DNA of 63,148 nt, filler included, from Cercozoa sp. M6MM (GCA_040357565.1; 8 parts of 8 records of this genome joined end to end with filler, not necessarily neighbours in it); one strand, 5' to 3'. Shown: positions 49,501 to 63,148, numbered from the whole stretch's first letter. Made by a program: numbers and translations. Notes: generated by a model from the sequence alone, not told the origin.

Positions 49501-50140
49501 TAAACCCTGTGCGCAGACATACTGTACCTTCACCTTGTGTTGTTGATTGGCCCAAAACAGAGAGCAAGCGGCGTCGTCGGCGTAGTCGCAGACATCGTCG
49601 GCAGCAGCGGCGGCAGAAACAAGTAGCTCGCTGCTTTCGCGCTGCACGCGCCGCCGATGCACCCACAGTCGGTACAGTCACATATCCTTCTATCGAACAG
49701 TTTAAAAGACGATCTTGAGCAGAGATGGTAGCGCACACGCGACAACAGAAGTTGCGCAACAAACGCAAGGAGAAGGTTGGGCGGCACGTCGCGCGTCTGG
49801 ACAGGTAGACTGCCCTTTAGTACCGGACTTAAAGTGTACTGTTTGGAATGTCCATACGGCACAGTACTCCACTACTGCCGCCGAGCTACCGACGCGACGA
49901 AGACGACTGCGACGACTTGCGATTGTTGGCACCGCGACTCTCCAGCGTGGCCGAGTTGGCGCTGCACACCTGTGCCGACCGACGGAAGACTCCGAGCGAG
50001 ATATTTGAACTCCTGGATCTGGTACACACTGGGCCAAACTTGTCTGTTTTAGCACTCTGGCTATCTATGCGACTGTATGAGAGTGTGGACTGTTCGTGTG
50101 CAGGCGATTCAGTTCAGCGTTGCGCGGACAGAAGCCGACA
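46513..50140 (+). CDS. Large hypothetical multi-exon protein (boundaries approximate)
   Basis: Long open exons at 46513-46985 and 48900-49330 plus many short GT-AG-flanked exons; no family recognised. Confidence 0.5.
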
Positions 50141-50517
50141 GTGCAGTTTGAGATTGATCGTCAAATATCAAGTAACAACAGAATCTGACAGCTGACGCAG
50201 TTTTAAAACTACTGGACTCCTGCTACAGTCCACAACTAGACCTGGCCGGGCACAGCAGGCACTGATCTCTGGAACAATCTAACGCACCCGTGATGATAAC
50301 GAATTCATGAAGGGAAACAGAATAGATTTCGCGGACTGGCGCGCAGTGCAGTAAGTTACTAACGCAAGCGAGTCGGATACAACTAACCAACGAAACAAAG
50401 ACGTTCGTTGAAGTTAGNNNNNNNNNNNNNNNNNNNNNNNNNNNNNNNNNNNNNNNNNNNNTTAATTAATTAANNNNNNNNNNNNNNNNNNNNNNNNNNN
50501 NNNNNNNNNNNNNNNNN

Positions 50518-50559
<42 letters not shown>

Positions 50560-50564
50560 CACAG

Positions 50565-50702
50565 TTAGGCACCGGCCATGGCGGCGGAACCAGTTCTCAC
50601 ACGGACGCGTCTTGAAGCACGGACCGCCGCCGTCGTCTCCGCCGCTCTCCTCTACACAAAAACACTGCTTGTCCGACTCTTTCTCTATGTATCTATCTAT
50701 AT

Positions 50703-50740
<38 letters not shown>

Positions 50741-51300
50741 ACTCTGTCTCTGTCCCTCCCCGGAGGAAGCATCGAGCACTACCTGGGGCAAAGCGAAGCT
50801 CCGAAAAGCCGTGCGCGAACTGGCAGCGCTCGGCGTACGGACACTCGTTCTTCAGCGTCCAGTTGCGACACACCTGCCAAAAAGCACAAGCATTAGGACA
50901 ACTCTCGAGTCTGGCGACACACACATACCTCTGTCTTGAACTTGACGGCACCGTCATCATGCGGCTGCTTGTGCCGCCTGCGCCCGTGCATACAGCCACG
51001 GCGCCCTGTGCCGAGACTGGAATTTACCAGTTTCCGCTGTTTGGGTCAGCCTCAAACACGTCACGAACGCGGCGACCGTAAAACTCGCCCTCTAGTAGCC
51101 AGACGTGAGAGAAAAAACTCTGCAGCTCGCACCACGAAACAATCTCAAAATTCGTCGAGCCCAGACCCGACGTTGGAGCCTGGTACACACGCCCACGCAC
51201 GCTCAGCAGGTGCTGCTGCCTCACAGTGGTCCGACGATCCGCGCGGACAGGATCAACCGGTCCTGGCTGGTCAAATGACACCCAACTTAATTTTGGCAGC
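50565..51300 (-). CDS. TIS11/tristetraprolin-type tandem CCCH zinc-finger RNA-binding protein (start uncertain, 3' partial)
   Basis: KFKTE|VCRNWTLKNECPYAERCQFAHGFSELR then FKTRPCENWFRRHGRC. Confidence 0.85.
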
Positions 51301-51826
51301 CGGCGGCTGTTGTTGGCACTTGTGCTCACGGTAAAGTAGTCACACAGTGGTGCGCCAAAGTCTGCACCGAAACACTCACACACGCGACACCCACCCGGCG
51401 GCAGTCGCGCTGAGATCAGCAAGTAGTCAGCCTCGCTGTTGGGGAATCAAGGCAGTGTTGGCGTTTGGGCAGCACTTACAGCAGTTCAGAACAGTGTTTT
51501 GCAAACGGACCCTCGGCTGACCAGCGACGGTGCAGGTACTGCAACAGCGCCACACCGTCGTGTCGATGATCTTCTGATTGTGTGCAGTATGACTCGTACT
51601 AATTATTTAGTGCGCGTTGAACATACCGTACGGGGTGCAGTGCAGACGTGTGCAAAAAGATGATTGCGAGACCTATGCGACGCGAGAGATACAATTGTAC
51701 TGAACTTCTTTTAATTTTGCAAAAAAGTGTCCAAATGGACGCATCGTGTACAAAATTACTAGTACCGTTTAGAGACTGAGGGCAACCGGCATCTAAGTCA
51801 TTTCCGCGGCGTGTGTGTGGTGAACT

Positions 51827-53573
51827 ATGCAGCAGCGTGGCTCCTGGGCGGCGTCGCGAGTGGCGAACTCATGCAAGAGCCAGCAGGCCGTGCAAGCGCG
51901 CTTCGCTGGCGCGTTCCAGCACTTTATGCCGCTGAGCGATGTGCAGAAGCATGTGATCGAGCGTGTGTCGCTGCATCCGTCGATCCGCGCTGATGTGGAG
52001 GTGACGCCAGAGTGCCGCCTGCGCGAAGACCTCGGCTTTGATTCGCTCGACCACGTCGAGGTACGTGTCTTGTGTGTGCTGCGCTGGTTTGTGTGTTGGG
52101 TGTGCGATATGGGTTTTGCGTTGTGTGGCTCGGCAGGTGTGCCTGGCCGTGGAGCAGCACCTCAACTGCGACTGGGACGACGCTTACCATGAGGGCGTCG
52201 AAACCGTGCAGGACCTCATTAACCTCGTGAGCGAGAACCCGTACGCGCGGCCGCCGATGTCGCTCCAGGCTGTAGCATTCTCCTTGTGTGTCGCGGCGTC
52301 TCTGTCTCTGTCTCTCGCAGTTGTATGCTTTGATGCCACTCACAGGCACAACCGGACACGATGCGCATGTCCGAGTGGGCGCCCGACATGATCGACCAGC
52401 CCACGACGGACCCGCAGGTCTCTGTGTTCTCGCAGATCTTCACGCAGGTAGGCTCCTTGTCCGCCTGATTGTTTGCCCTTGTCCTATACCACCCGCCGTA
52501 CTCTTGCGCAGTGGGGTATCTCGCTGGCCACGCGCGGCAAGTTCGAATACGCGCAGAAGCTCTTCGATGTGGGTAGTGTACTCCTTTACCCCCCCCCCCC
52601 AGCCTCTGCTTTCTGTCTTGACATTGCACGTGTGCGACACAGCTGGCACGATCCAAGACCGCATGGTGACGCAGCGCAAGTCGGTACGTATCCATATTTA
52701 TAATTTATATATATATATATATATGTATATTACTTTGGTAGGTGCGGCGTCTCGTGTACAAGACGCTCGGCAAGTTGCTGAAGCTTGGTGACTCACTCTC
52801 TTCTCTTCATCCCTCTTTAACCCCCATCTTTACCCCTACCCCTTTACCTCCTCCCTTTACCCTAACTATCGAACAGACAACAAGGGCGATGAAGAAGCGG
52901 CGCGTGTGACGCGTTTCACGGTACTTAGCGGCCCCCCCCCCCCGGTCATTGTATGTAATGTATATATGTATGTTTATATGCATGTATTGGATATCTTTAT
53001 CTATATATATGTATGTACATATTAATGTATGTAGGTGGACGAGCTGGCCGAGATGGTGGAAGTGCCGCCGGCGCCGCAGGTGCAGGTGGAGCTGCAGGTG
53101 CACGCCACCATCGACGACAAGCTCTTCTTGCGCCGGACCGAGGTGTTGGACCTGCTGGCGCAGATCGAGGAGGCGCAGCACGGCAAGCGCGAGGCCGAGT
53201 TCCAACTGCAACCGACCTTGATGCGCAACATCGGCGAGTCCGCCAAGTTCCTGCGTGAGAAGCTGGTGTGCTTTTTTCCCGCTTTATTACCACCTCCCTG
53301 TCCCCTTACCCCCCCCCCTAACTCTCAGACTGTGAGTGCGGACCCACGATCGATCGACTGGTCCAAGGTGCCGACTGAGAGCGTGATGAAACTCAAGGAG
53401 CTCCTGCAACCGTCCACTGTCCTTGTAGCCACCTCTCTCAGATGTTAGAGACATTCTTGCTATGTGTGTGTTCACATACGTTTATGCATGGATGACAGGA
53501 CGGTTTTGACGGCGTGCTGCGCTGGAAGGTGGTGCTGGTGCCGGTGGCACCAGGCATCCAAGCAACCTTTGAG
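51827..53573 (+). CDS. Mitochondrial-type acyl carrier protein fused to an unknown C-terminal region of at least 200 aa, 3' partial
   Basis: Presequence ending QARFA; VTPECRLREDLGFDSLDHVE|VCLAVEQHL..VETVQDLINLV (phosphopantetheine DSL motif); no stop after helix IV, and eight further exons splice in frame. Confidence 0.78.
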
Positions 53574-53739
53574 GTGTCTATGTATATAGATATATATATA
53601 TGTAATGTCTATATATACAATATATATATATATATATATNNNNNNNNNNNNNNNNNNNNNNNNNNNNNNNNNNNNNNNNNNNNTTAATTAATTAANNNNN
53701 NNNNNNNNNNNNNNNNNNNNNNNNNNNNNNNNNNNNNNN

Positions 53740-53830
<91 letters not shown>

Positions 53831-53861
53831 ATATATATAGGGCAGACACAAACAAAGCCTA

Positions 53862-55796
53862 CTCGAACGTGACCGAGTTGGCCAGCGCCGTAACCATCGC
53901 GTCCAGTCGGCGGTAGTCGGCCGTGTACACCGTCTTGTCCAGAATCACCGCGCCACTGTGGTCGCCCTGTCGTAAACAACATAAGTCGATATATATATAT
54001 ATATATATAACAGTATTTAAAAAAAATGTACCAGTCGCAGCAGCACGCACATCTCCTGAGGCGTCCACTTCAGCAGACGAGTGCCGATCGGAATGCGGCC
54101 GACCGACCTATAGCAATACACACATCGACGCTCCCATCACCCTCGTCCGCGCGGAAGTATCCTCACTACCTTCTCGTGTCACCAAAGTCCGCCTGAGCGA
54201 ACGCGAATTGCCTGCAGCACAACACACGTAAGACATACCCCGGCTCCCTCGTTACCCCTGCCCCCTCCCCCCTGTGTTCCTAAACAAGGAGATTACTCTT
54301 GTTTCAACTCGTGTCGTCGGTTGGCCAGACTCGCACTGCGGACACCAAAGAACTCATCTCATACAAAGAAACTCACACACAGAGTGTACACACACATACA
54401 TACACAGCAGCAGCAGCAGCAGCAACAAAATAGCCTACATGTTATGTGCAACCACGCGAGCCGTCGCATGCGCGAACTGCACTGTCTTCTCGTGTCTGTC
54501 AGCAGCACACACAAACGCACATGCACATCAATTCTTTTTCATCAATCAAAACACAAAAAGGTATGAGCCGGTGTACTCGGTGGTGCAGATGTCGCCGCAC
54601 ACAAACACGCGTCCGTCCGCCACCGGAATGCCGCGCAGCTCCTTCTTGTCCGGTACCAGCTGGAACGAGTCGTTGCACCGCGCAAAGCCCTGCAACGCGT
54701 TCCCAGTATATACAAAAAACATACCACACAAAAAGCAAAAAGCAAAAAAAAAGAAAAACTTACGCGCTTCGTCAGACACTGCGGGAACTGCGGCACCAGC
54801 GCCGCCGTGTTCGGATGCGCACCGCCACACCTGCCGTTCGGCACAACACAGACAAGTCAAAAACAGACACGTCAAAGGACCAAACACCAAACACCAAAAG
54901 ACGAGTCTAAAAAAATACAAAAAAAAACATAAACTGTACCAGAACGACTTCTCGGCCGAAAAGGTGTGTCCCGAGGCACTCGTGAAGCCCTGTGCGTTCT
55001 CGTCGTACCGCACAATGCGCTCCTGCAGGTGCACAGCCACGCCAAGTTCCTTCGTCAGTCGCTCGTGCACAATATCGTGCGTCTCTGGCGGTAGCTGTAC
55101 TCAGGGACACACATGCACACAACTGAGGGAGGAAAACTGACAGCAAAAAAAAAAAAACTGACCCGTCCGAGGAGTCGATCACCACTGGTACAGATCTGCA
55201 CCGGCTTGCCCGGCGTTGCTTCCTGTCCAGCACGACACAAGCACTTCGCTCGAGTCCTCGAGGCAAATCACATGCCACAAACACACCTTGATCTCGCAGG
55301 CCAGCTTGCACGCAACGAGACCGCCACCAATCAAGAGTGCCGATTTCGCCTTGTTCACTTGACTGCGATTAAAAGCCGACAACACAATGATCATGCGGGG
55401 CTAGAGCGCGTCTCACACAGTTCAAAGGAGCGTTGGGTACCGATTGAGTCGCGAGAGCTGCTTGTAACGTGCCTCGAGACTCTGGCCCATCGACTTGAGC
55501 GCCAACTGTGGATTTGACAGAGTTTAAAAAGGCGTGTTGCAGTTGAGCTGACAGCATCTCTACCTGGTAGTGCGAGCCAGTGGCGACAACGCAGTAGTCG
55601 AAGTGCACCTCTCGAAAACCCACCTAAAACGTAAGCAAAAGATACTACCAGTCAGGAACGAGCAAAACGCTGCGTGCGATCAGTACCACGACATGGCGAT
55701 CGCGAATGGCGCGTGCCTCGCCAACAATCAGGCGGCACGTTTTGTCTTTTATTGGCAGCACCTGCGTTCCGAGTGTACACAAAGCGAGAAAGACAG

Positions 55797-55847
<51 letters not shown>

Positions 55848-55857
55848 NNNNNNNNNN

Positions 55858-55906
<49 letters not shown>

Positions 55907-56610
55907 CACATCTGCATATTTCACGCAAATGCTCTTGTGCTGCTTGGGATGCAGCATGACGCGCGTGATCCACGGCGTGTACTCCATGTACGTCTTGTTA
56001 TCGATAATTGTGACGTGGAAACGTCGCAACTTGTCCGAACAGAGCACTTTGGCCACCTGCCAACGAGAATTGAAAATTATCAAATAAGAAATTATCAAGT
56101 GAGAATCTGCGGGAATGTTACGGTTGCTCCAGCAATGCCACCGCCCACAATCACGACTCGCACGACGCCCTAAATCGATTTCATCCGTACAATCAAACAT
56201 CATTAAGCACACGTCCGCGCACACTGCACCTCGGTAGCCGAAGGCGACGGCGTCATCGACATTGGTGTCATCATCGAGTCGCGACTGTGACTGCTGCTGA
56301 TACTCGTGCGACGACTCGAGACGCCTCTGCACACTCCCTTGTGTCGTACACACACACACACACACACACATGGTCCAAGAAGCAGCAGGTCCTACGTGAC
56401 ACTCGACGTCTCCATACTGCGGTTGAATTCCACAATGAATTCACGCAGGAAATTCGTCTCAAGTAGCGACCTGTCAGGCCAAACAAAAACCAAAAAAAGC
56501 TCGTTGCACAGTTTAGACCTCGACGCCCAGTGACACAAACACGAGTTTACCAGACCTCTTGACGCGCCAGAACGAAAAGATTCCGAATCTGGTCGCGTGT
56601 GGGACTGCAT
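53862..56610 (-). CDS. AIFM2/FSP1(AMID)-like FAD-dependent pyridine nucleotide oxidoreductase, 3' partial
   Basis: VVIVGGGIAGAT|VAKVL..FHVTIIDNKTYMEYTP; FDYCVVATGSHY; KAKSALLIGGGLVACKLACEI; GFARCNDSFQL..RVFVCGDI. Confidence 0.88.
55801..55905. repeat. Intronic (AG)n microsatellite with 10-N gap
   Basis: Read directly from the sequence. Confidence 0.95.
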
Positions 56611-56794
56611 TCAAAAAAAGTTACTCAGTTCGAGCGAACTGACATAAGAAAAGGCAGCTACCGCGTATTGAAATCGCTGACGCGCTCGAGTGTCGTATTT
56701 CGGCACTACGCAGACATACACACACACAGTCCGGTCAGTTGCAACATGGAATAACAGTGTGTGTTGGTGTGTGCGTGTGTGTGTGTGTGTCAGC

Positions 56795-57668
56795 TTACGC
56801 GTGAACTGATGTTGACTGAGCAGACGGCGTCGTGGTCGACGTACTCATCTGCCAGCAGAGGTGTGAACTCGTCAAAAAATCGAAAGCATTCAGCAAAAAA
56901 AAGAACTACCAGCAATAAACGAAATCATTGTCTTCATTGGCTTCGTGACTGCACACGCACACACTTAAATTGAAGAGGCTTGAGCACTCAGAGAACGCAC
57001 CCGTCTTGGACGGCTCTCGTAGCATCTCGTCCAGCGTGTCGAGATCACGCAGGAATAATAGGTGCTCCGTGGCGTGTCGAGCCGCCTGTTTCATGCAACA
57101 AGTAAGACAACATTGAAGAGCTCAAACAGTCGAGTCAAAACAGGAGAAAGCTACCACAGAGAGCTCAAACTCGCGTCGCAGCAAATTGTGCTCCAACACG
57201 AAACTGAGCGACGTGTTGAAGTCCAAGTACGGCGCACTCGCCTACAGTCAAAGGAGGTTACAGTGCTTACATTATTAACAAATAAGGAATGTATATATGT
57301 GTATCGCTCAAAGAGGTTAGAGTTGAAAAGGTTAAGGAATTAAAGAGGCCTAAGAAGGTAAAAAGAGGGTTCATTGAGTAAAAGGGTTAAAAAGGAGGGT
57401 GAATGTACCTCGCTATCGCCAGACTCGCTCTCGGTGTCACTGTCATAAAGCACGAGATGGTGTGGTCGCTGAGCCTCAGGCAGATGGGAGTTCCAGCCGC
57501 TGCGACCGCCGCTGTCGCCGACACTGCTCGCGCTGCCAGTGCTCGAATTGCTCGGCGTGCTGCAAACAAAAGTTGTTGTTTTTTTGTATTTCTCACATGA
57601 GCAGCAAAATTCGAGTCACCGCTGGTGTCGACGACGACGGAAACCGCGCTTCCCGCGACGTGCCTCAT
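56795..57668 (-). CDS. Hypothetical multi-exon protein
   Basis: Exon-like segments MRHVAGSAVSVVVDTSGDSNFAAH; ASAPYLDFNTSLSFVLEHNLLRREFEL; HLLFLRDLDTLDEMLREP; FTPLLADEYVDHDAVC separated by GT-AG introns. Confidence 0.45.
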
Positions 57669-58176
57669 GCACGGCGCCAACCGATTGGTTTACACCCATC
57701 TCTGCTCATCGACATTACAGTACTTTTATCGACAAATCCCTGGTCGCTCAAAAAATCAAAAATAAACAAAACGGCACGGATTTTCTCGTAATTTCCGGCG
57801 CAAAGACAAAACTGATCACTATTGCTTGTTGAGACAATGCTGGGTACCTCTGTCTTGTGCAAAAATCCCTAGAGCCCGCGCGCACACAAACCGTACTATT
57901 GGTCGTTTTCTCAAAATCAATCAAGTCAGCGGATCGGAAACTTCTAGTGATCAGGCCCACAAGAAACGATGATGATTGATCGACCCACTCTCCCAGCCGG
58001 CAGCCAATGTCGAGAGACGTCCGTATTGCAGCTGAGATGAATTTGCTCAGTCTCGCGTCAAGTACAAGTAGTGTTTCGTGAGCTAGAGGGCAAGTTGTGG
58101 TCACGGTCGTCTTTAGTACAATTGTAATCTTCGTTCGTTTCGCTTTTCGATTGTTTTCGACGACGACGTCGGGGCG

Positions 58177-58345
58177 TCAGTTGTGGTCCTCGACTCGCCC
58201 GCAGAGTTTGGCCAGAAGATCGCTGTAGTCGCCAGACGTCTCAGAGAGGCACCACTCGAGCACACTCTTCCCTGTAGGCTCCACGTAGGCATCAATTGCC
58301 TTCAAGTCGAGTTCACATCGCCATGTGATGAACGTTATGAGTTCG
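58177..58345 (-). CDS. Annexin, last exon (repeat IV); the rest of the gene lies beyond the spacer; not in the ORF track
   Basis: After acceptor CAG: ELITFITWRCELDLKAIDAYVEPTGKSVLEWCLSETSGDYSDLLAKLCGRVEDHN*, matching the annexin consensus LIR..VSRSEIDL..I...YGKSL...I..DTSGDY...LL.LCG. Confidence 0.85.
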
Positions 58346-58350
58346 CTGTG

Positions 58351-58401
<51 letters not shown>

Positions 58402-58501
58402 NNNNNNNNNNNNNNNNNNNNNNNNNNNNNNNNNNNNNNNNNNNNTTAATTAATTAANNNNNNNNNNNNNNNNNNNNNNNNNNNNNNNNNNNNNNNNNNN
58501 N

Positions 58502-58556
<55 letters not shown>

Positions 58557-58679
58557 GCTGGGTAGTTGGGCGCATAGCATCAAGGGAAGGCAAGGTAAGG
58601 CAAGGCAAGGCAAGGCAAGGCAAGGCAAGGCAAGGGAAGAGAAGGTAAGGAACCTCGCAATGGCCAGCGGTCCAAAAGC

Positions 58680-61232
58680 AAGAGCCGGGAACTCGACGAC
58701 GTCGTGCAGCGCCGCGTCGCCTTGACGAGCGATCTCGCCGTGGGTCCGTCTGGTCCGCGTGCTCTTTCCTCCGGCAGTGCTGCCATCGCTGCCGACTGCT
58801 TCCTTCTTGCCTGCAGTGTCCTCATTGCCCTTGCTGCTGTGATTGTTGTTGTTGTTACTATTGGCGTTGTTGGAGGTGTTGCTGTTGTTGGAGGTGTTGT
58901 TGTTGTAGTCAGGCGTGCAGCGGAACATATCGGCGGCGCAGGCACTCTCCACGCGGGCGTAGGAACGCCACTCACTCTCTGCAGCTACGGTACAGACAGA
59001 AACGTCATACACACAGACTATACATACTAAATTGCACAGAGAGGAGCATAGGGGAGGGTACCTGCGTCCTCATGCGGCCACAGGAGACCGCGCTGCGTCT
59101 GCGTGAGCCAGGCGCGCTGCTGCGCGTGCGCGTGCGCGTAGTACCGGCCTTCCGACAGCATGCGTGTCTGCCGATACATATAAACACATTAAGAAATATA
59201 CAGATATATTATAAACATAAAGATACACATAGATACATACATACAAACAGACAGAGGCTAACCTGAGACAGGGCACGCAGGTAAGGCCTGGCACGCACGC
59301 GCACGAGGCACTCGTTGCTGACGTCGTCGGCGTCGTCGTCGCAGCATGGTGTCACCACGATGTCGACGTGCGGCACCTCGTCACTGCCCGGGCAGTCCAG
59401 TTCTGTTGCACAGACACACACATCGACATTATGGACATATATATATGCATACATGTATCTAGTATCTAGGGGGATCACCAGCTAGAGCCTCGTCAATGTC
59501 GCATTCGTCGCCGTGGACAAAATGCAGTCGCACCAGGTGCCGTCGCAGTAGTTCGAGACCGGCCGCCGCTTGAGTTTCCTGTTGCCAATTCCAACCTCGT
59601 TATCAGGAGGGAGACAGGGGGGGGGGCTATCCAGGTGGCAAGGTAGAGACTACTCTGGACTGCCAGACAGACGACTCAAACTCGACGAGACACAGGTCGC
59701 GCAGGTCGGCGTCGACCCTGGAGTATATGTATACATATATATATATATATATAAGTATATAGAGGTGCATATGATATGTATGGAGGGTCTACTTGCGCCA
59801 GGCGCGAGACAGGGAGTGTCGCACAGCGTCCAGCGACAGCGTCGCGCTGCGGCCTTCGTCGTCGTTGCTGTCGATCCTGCACACATATCGACATCTGTAT
59901 ATAATAGAGAAACACATACATTAAAGGATAAATGTATAAATATTGTAGTGTATTATATACACATATATATATATATATATATGTACATATATGTATATAT
60001 GTGTATATGAGACACACCTGCGCTGCGAGTGCCATGGCTTGTTGGCGGCACGGTCGTCTGGCAGCTTGTTGCTACTACTCCATGGACACACCCAGACACA
60101 CATAGACACGCACACATAGACACACATAGACAGACACACATAGACACAAAGACAGTGTGTGTGTGTGTGTGTACTGGTTGCGCACGTCAGCATTCACAAA
60201 GAGCGCGCGGTCACGTGCCAGTGCTGTCGCCACCTGGGTCAGTGTCGACCTGTCCACACACAGACACATAGAGACAGTACGAGTACTACTACCTCCCTCC
60301 CCCATCCCTCCCCCTCCCCCGTGGACAGAGGGACAGGAGTACTCGTCGCGACCGTCGGCGACGTCGCCGAAACTGCGCAGTAGCCACTCGACACGCGAGG
60401 CGAAACCGTCGTCACTGGTGTCTTCCTCGCTGTATACACAACATACATATCTGTGTCTCTACATCTGTATGTATGTATGTATGTATGTATGTATGTATGT
60501 ATGTATGTATGTATGTATGTATGTATGTATGTATGTATGTATGTATGTATGTATGTATGTATGTATGTATGTATGTATGTATGTATGCATGTATATATGT
60601 ATATGTATATATGTCTGTGTGTATGAAAGTAAAGGCAGGGTACACATTGTGTCGAAGCACGACGACACTGCAGGGCAACTGCAGCGAGATACGTCGGTCC
60701 ACATGCCGCATCAGTGCCTGTCATTTACATATAGGTATATAGGTATAGGTAGCTCGAGAAATAGGTATAGGTACATAGGCATAGGTATAGGTATATAGGT
60801 ATAGGTATAAAGGTTAGATATATAGGTATAGGCATATAGGTATAGGTATATAGGTATGGTAGATAGGTATGGAGGTATCGGAAGATCGGCATAGGTAGAC
60901 ACCTCCATGCGCGTGCGTTGTCGCTGCGCGCCCAGCCAGTTCACTGCGTAGGCGGCACTCTGCGGCAGTCGCTCGTGCAGCAGGCCCATCTAGATGGTCC
61001 AACAACACACCGAGTGCTGTCACAGGGGACGACAGGAGGAGGAACACACAGGCTACCTGCAGAAGGAAGCGCGCCTTGAGCGGGTCGAACACGTGCTCAT
61101 CGTCGTCCCTGTCAGTGGCACCGTCATCAGTGTCAATGTCGGTGTCAGTGTCGATGGGATCAGTCTCACTGACACCGTCCAGTTCGCTCAGCACCGTGTC
61201 CACGTCCTCGTACTGTACATGCACATAGACAT

Positions 61233-61322
<90 letters not shown>

Positions 61323-61863
61323 ACATATATACATATACATATATACATATACATATATACACATATACATTTATACATATATACATATATACATATACAG
61401 ATATAGAGAGACAGCACCAAGGCCTGGCCGTGCTGCGCCAGCTGCTGCACGAACACGGAGGGCAGCGCGTCCAGTCGGCTCACGGACGCGGAGTCGGGAG
61501 TCGGGGCAGCTGTCTCGCAGGCCGCCCGCATGATGTCGTCCCACTCCTCCTCCATGTCGCCTTCACATCCACCCACCCATACAGACATACATACATACAT
61601 ACATACATACATCCGACATGTATATATATATATATATATGTATATAAGTGCATACACTCAAAGTCGCCGTCAAAGGCAAAGTCGTCGTCATCATCGCTGT
61701 CGTTGAGCGGCATGGCACGCAGCAGCGAGGCCTGCTTCCGCGCGGACAAGTAAGGTCGCGTACAGCACGGTGGGACAGGTCAGCACACACACAGACACAC
61801 ATCGACAACAAGGTAGAAGGCACCAGAGTGTCCCGTGCCTCCTCCTGCCGAATCGAGACCTGC

Positions 61864-61913
<50 letters not shown>

Positions 61914-61923
61914 NNNNNNNNNN

Positions 61924-61972
<49 letters not shown>

Positions 61973-63090
61973 CACCCGTCAGAGTCACCGGTCCAGGGTG
62001 AGAGGAGAGAAACGCACCCAGTCAATGTCGCTGACCGAGGCACGTGGCGGGAACTGCTTGCGCAAGGCCTGCAGACACTCGTCGGCATCGTGCAGTGGTG
62101 CCTGGCCTGACTCATGTACGTAGGGGGAGGGGGTAGGGAATAAACACAAGATGGCTGAGACATGTCCCTTGGAGAGTGGCCAAGTACCTGCCGGTGTGGC
62201 AACGACACTCTTGGCCAGCAGCACCGACGTGTCGCGCTCGTCTCTCGTCTGCACACTCTCCCATCCTACCCCTTCTACCCCTCTCATCCCACGCACCCTC
62301 CCATCCTACCACATCGCATACCTGCAGCATGAGTTCGGCCGAGTAGTCAGTGTCGTCGTCGGAGGCAGCAGCACCGTGCGTCATCAGCGACAGCACGGCT
62401 CGCGGCACGCCGAGCGAGTGCGCACCGAAGACGACAGCGTCGGCGGCCTGCGTGTGCGCCTGCTGCAGTGCATCCAACGTGCGCCACTGCGCCTGCGCCG
62501 TCGGAGGCAGCGACATCTCCTTCAGCAGCGCCTGCACCTCGGTGCGGAAGTCAAAGCCTGCATACACAATGTATGTGTTTGCGCATATCAATAGCCAGAG
62601 AGAGAGAGATATATATATATATATATAAGATATATATATATATATATGTGTGTGTGTGGACATGCATATATACATGAATATACACAGATACATATCTGTA
62701 TATATATTTAATATATACCAGCAGTGGGTCGGACTTGCAGCACACCCTGCGACACGCGTGTCACCGTGCCGAGCAGCGGCAGCGTCTGACTCTCCTCTGT
62801 ACGAGAACATACTGCTCAGTGACACTGACCTGTGACACTGACCAGTATGACACACGTGTACCGACTGTGCTGACTGAGAGTGCGTCGTCGTCGTCCTCAT
62901 CGCCCTGTACACACAGACACTCCTGAGTGTATATCTATATCTATGGATATATATATGTGTGTGTGTATGTCTGTGTTAAGAGTGCACACAAGTGTACAGA
63001 AACGAGGCGTTCGGCGGCGTGCGAAGCCAGCACCGCGGCGTGCCGGAAGGCGGCCTCCACTTCGTCGCGACGGGTCGTGTCGCTGCCTGT
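58680..63090 (-). CDS. Large hypothetical protein with acidic segments, partial at both ends
   Basis: Many GC-rich exons ([19 protein letters not shown]; [26 protein letters not shown]; [20 protein letters not shown]; [13 protein letters not shown]) separated by microsatellite-rich introns. Confidence 0.6.
60467..60590. repeat. Intronic (TATG)n microsatellite
   Basis: Read directly from the sequence. Confidence 0.95.
61230..61400. repeat. Intronic (ATATAC)n microsatellite
   Basis: Read directly from the sequence. Confidence 0.95.
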
Positions 63091-63148
63091 CCATACACAT
63101 GCACACATACACAATAGATACATTATACATACATCGACAGATGTACGT

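Noticed and set aside
49682-49690. ATATCCTT and GTATCCT words resembling U12-type donors (also 47115, 47309)
   Set aside because: They fall inside a GT-AG intron or apparent exons, and no matching TCCTTAAC branch site was found; no minor intron could be supported.

Overview
Eukaryotic (protist-like) genomic DNA in the standard genetic code. It is very intron-dense (GT-AG introns mostly about 50-100 nt, many with microsatellites or C-rich TTACCCC runs), so the six-frame ORF track is mostly misleading; gene models here were spliced by eye. Seven artificial 100-nt spacers (44 N + TTAATTAATTAA + 44 N) split the window into eight segments, and adjacency across them is not reliable. Recognisable genes: an ABCC/MRP transporter, a mitochondrial MaoC/HTD2 dehydratase, B9D1, a TEX9-like coiled-coil protein, a 4-TM receptor-like RGS protein, NTMT1, a DEP+DUF547 protein, a FYVE+3xDUF4476 protein, DUS2, an SDR, a myotubularin, NDUFA5, SEL1L/Hrd3, a degenerate kinesin, a TIS11-type tandem CCCH protein, an acyl carrier protein with a long C-terminal fusion, an AIFM2/FSP1-like oxidoreductase and an annexin last exon. 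The most interesting signals are: (1) a head-to-head pair of paralogous small secreted 10- and 12-Cys peptides inside a decayed LTR-retroelement patch; (2) a highly structured intergenic minus-strand RNA candidate at about 15.6-16.0 kb with an RNase P-like P3/P4 core and an overlapping U11/U12-like resemblance; (3) two complex-I-associated subunits with long lineage-specific extensions. Family assignments come from motif recall, not database searches.
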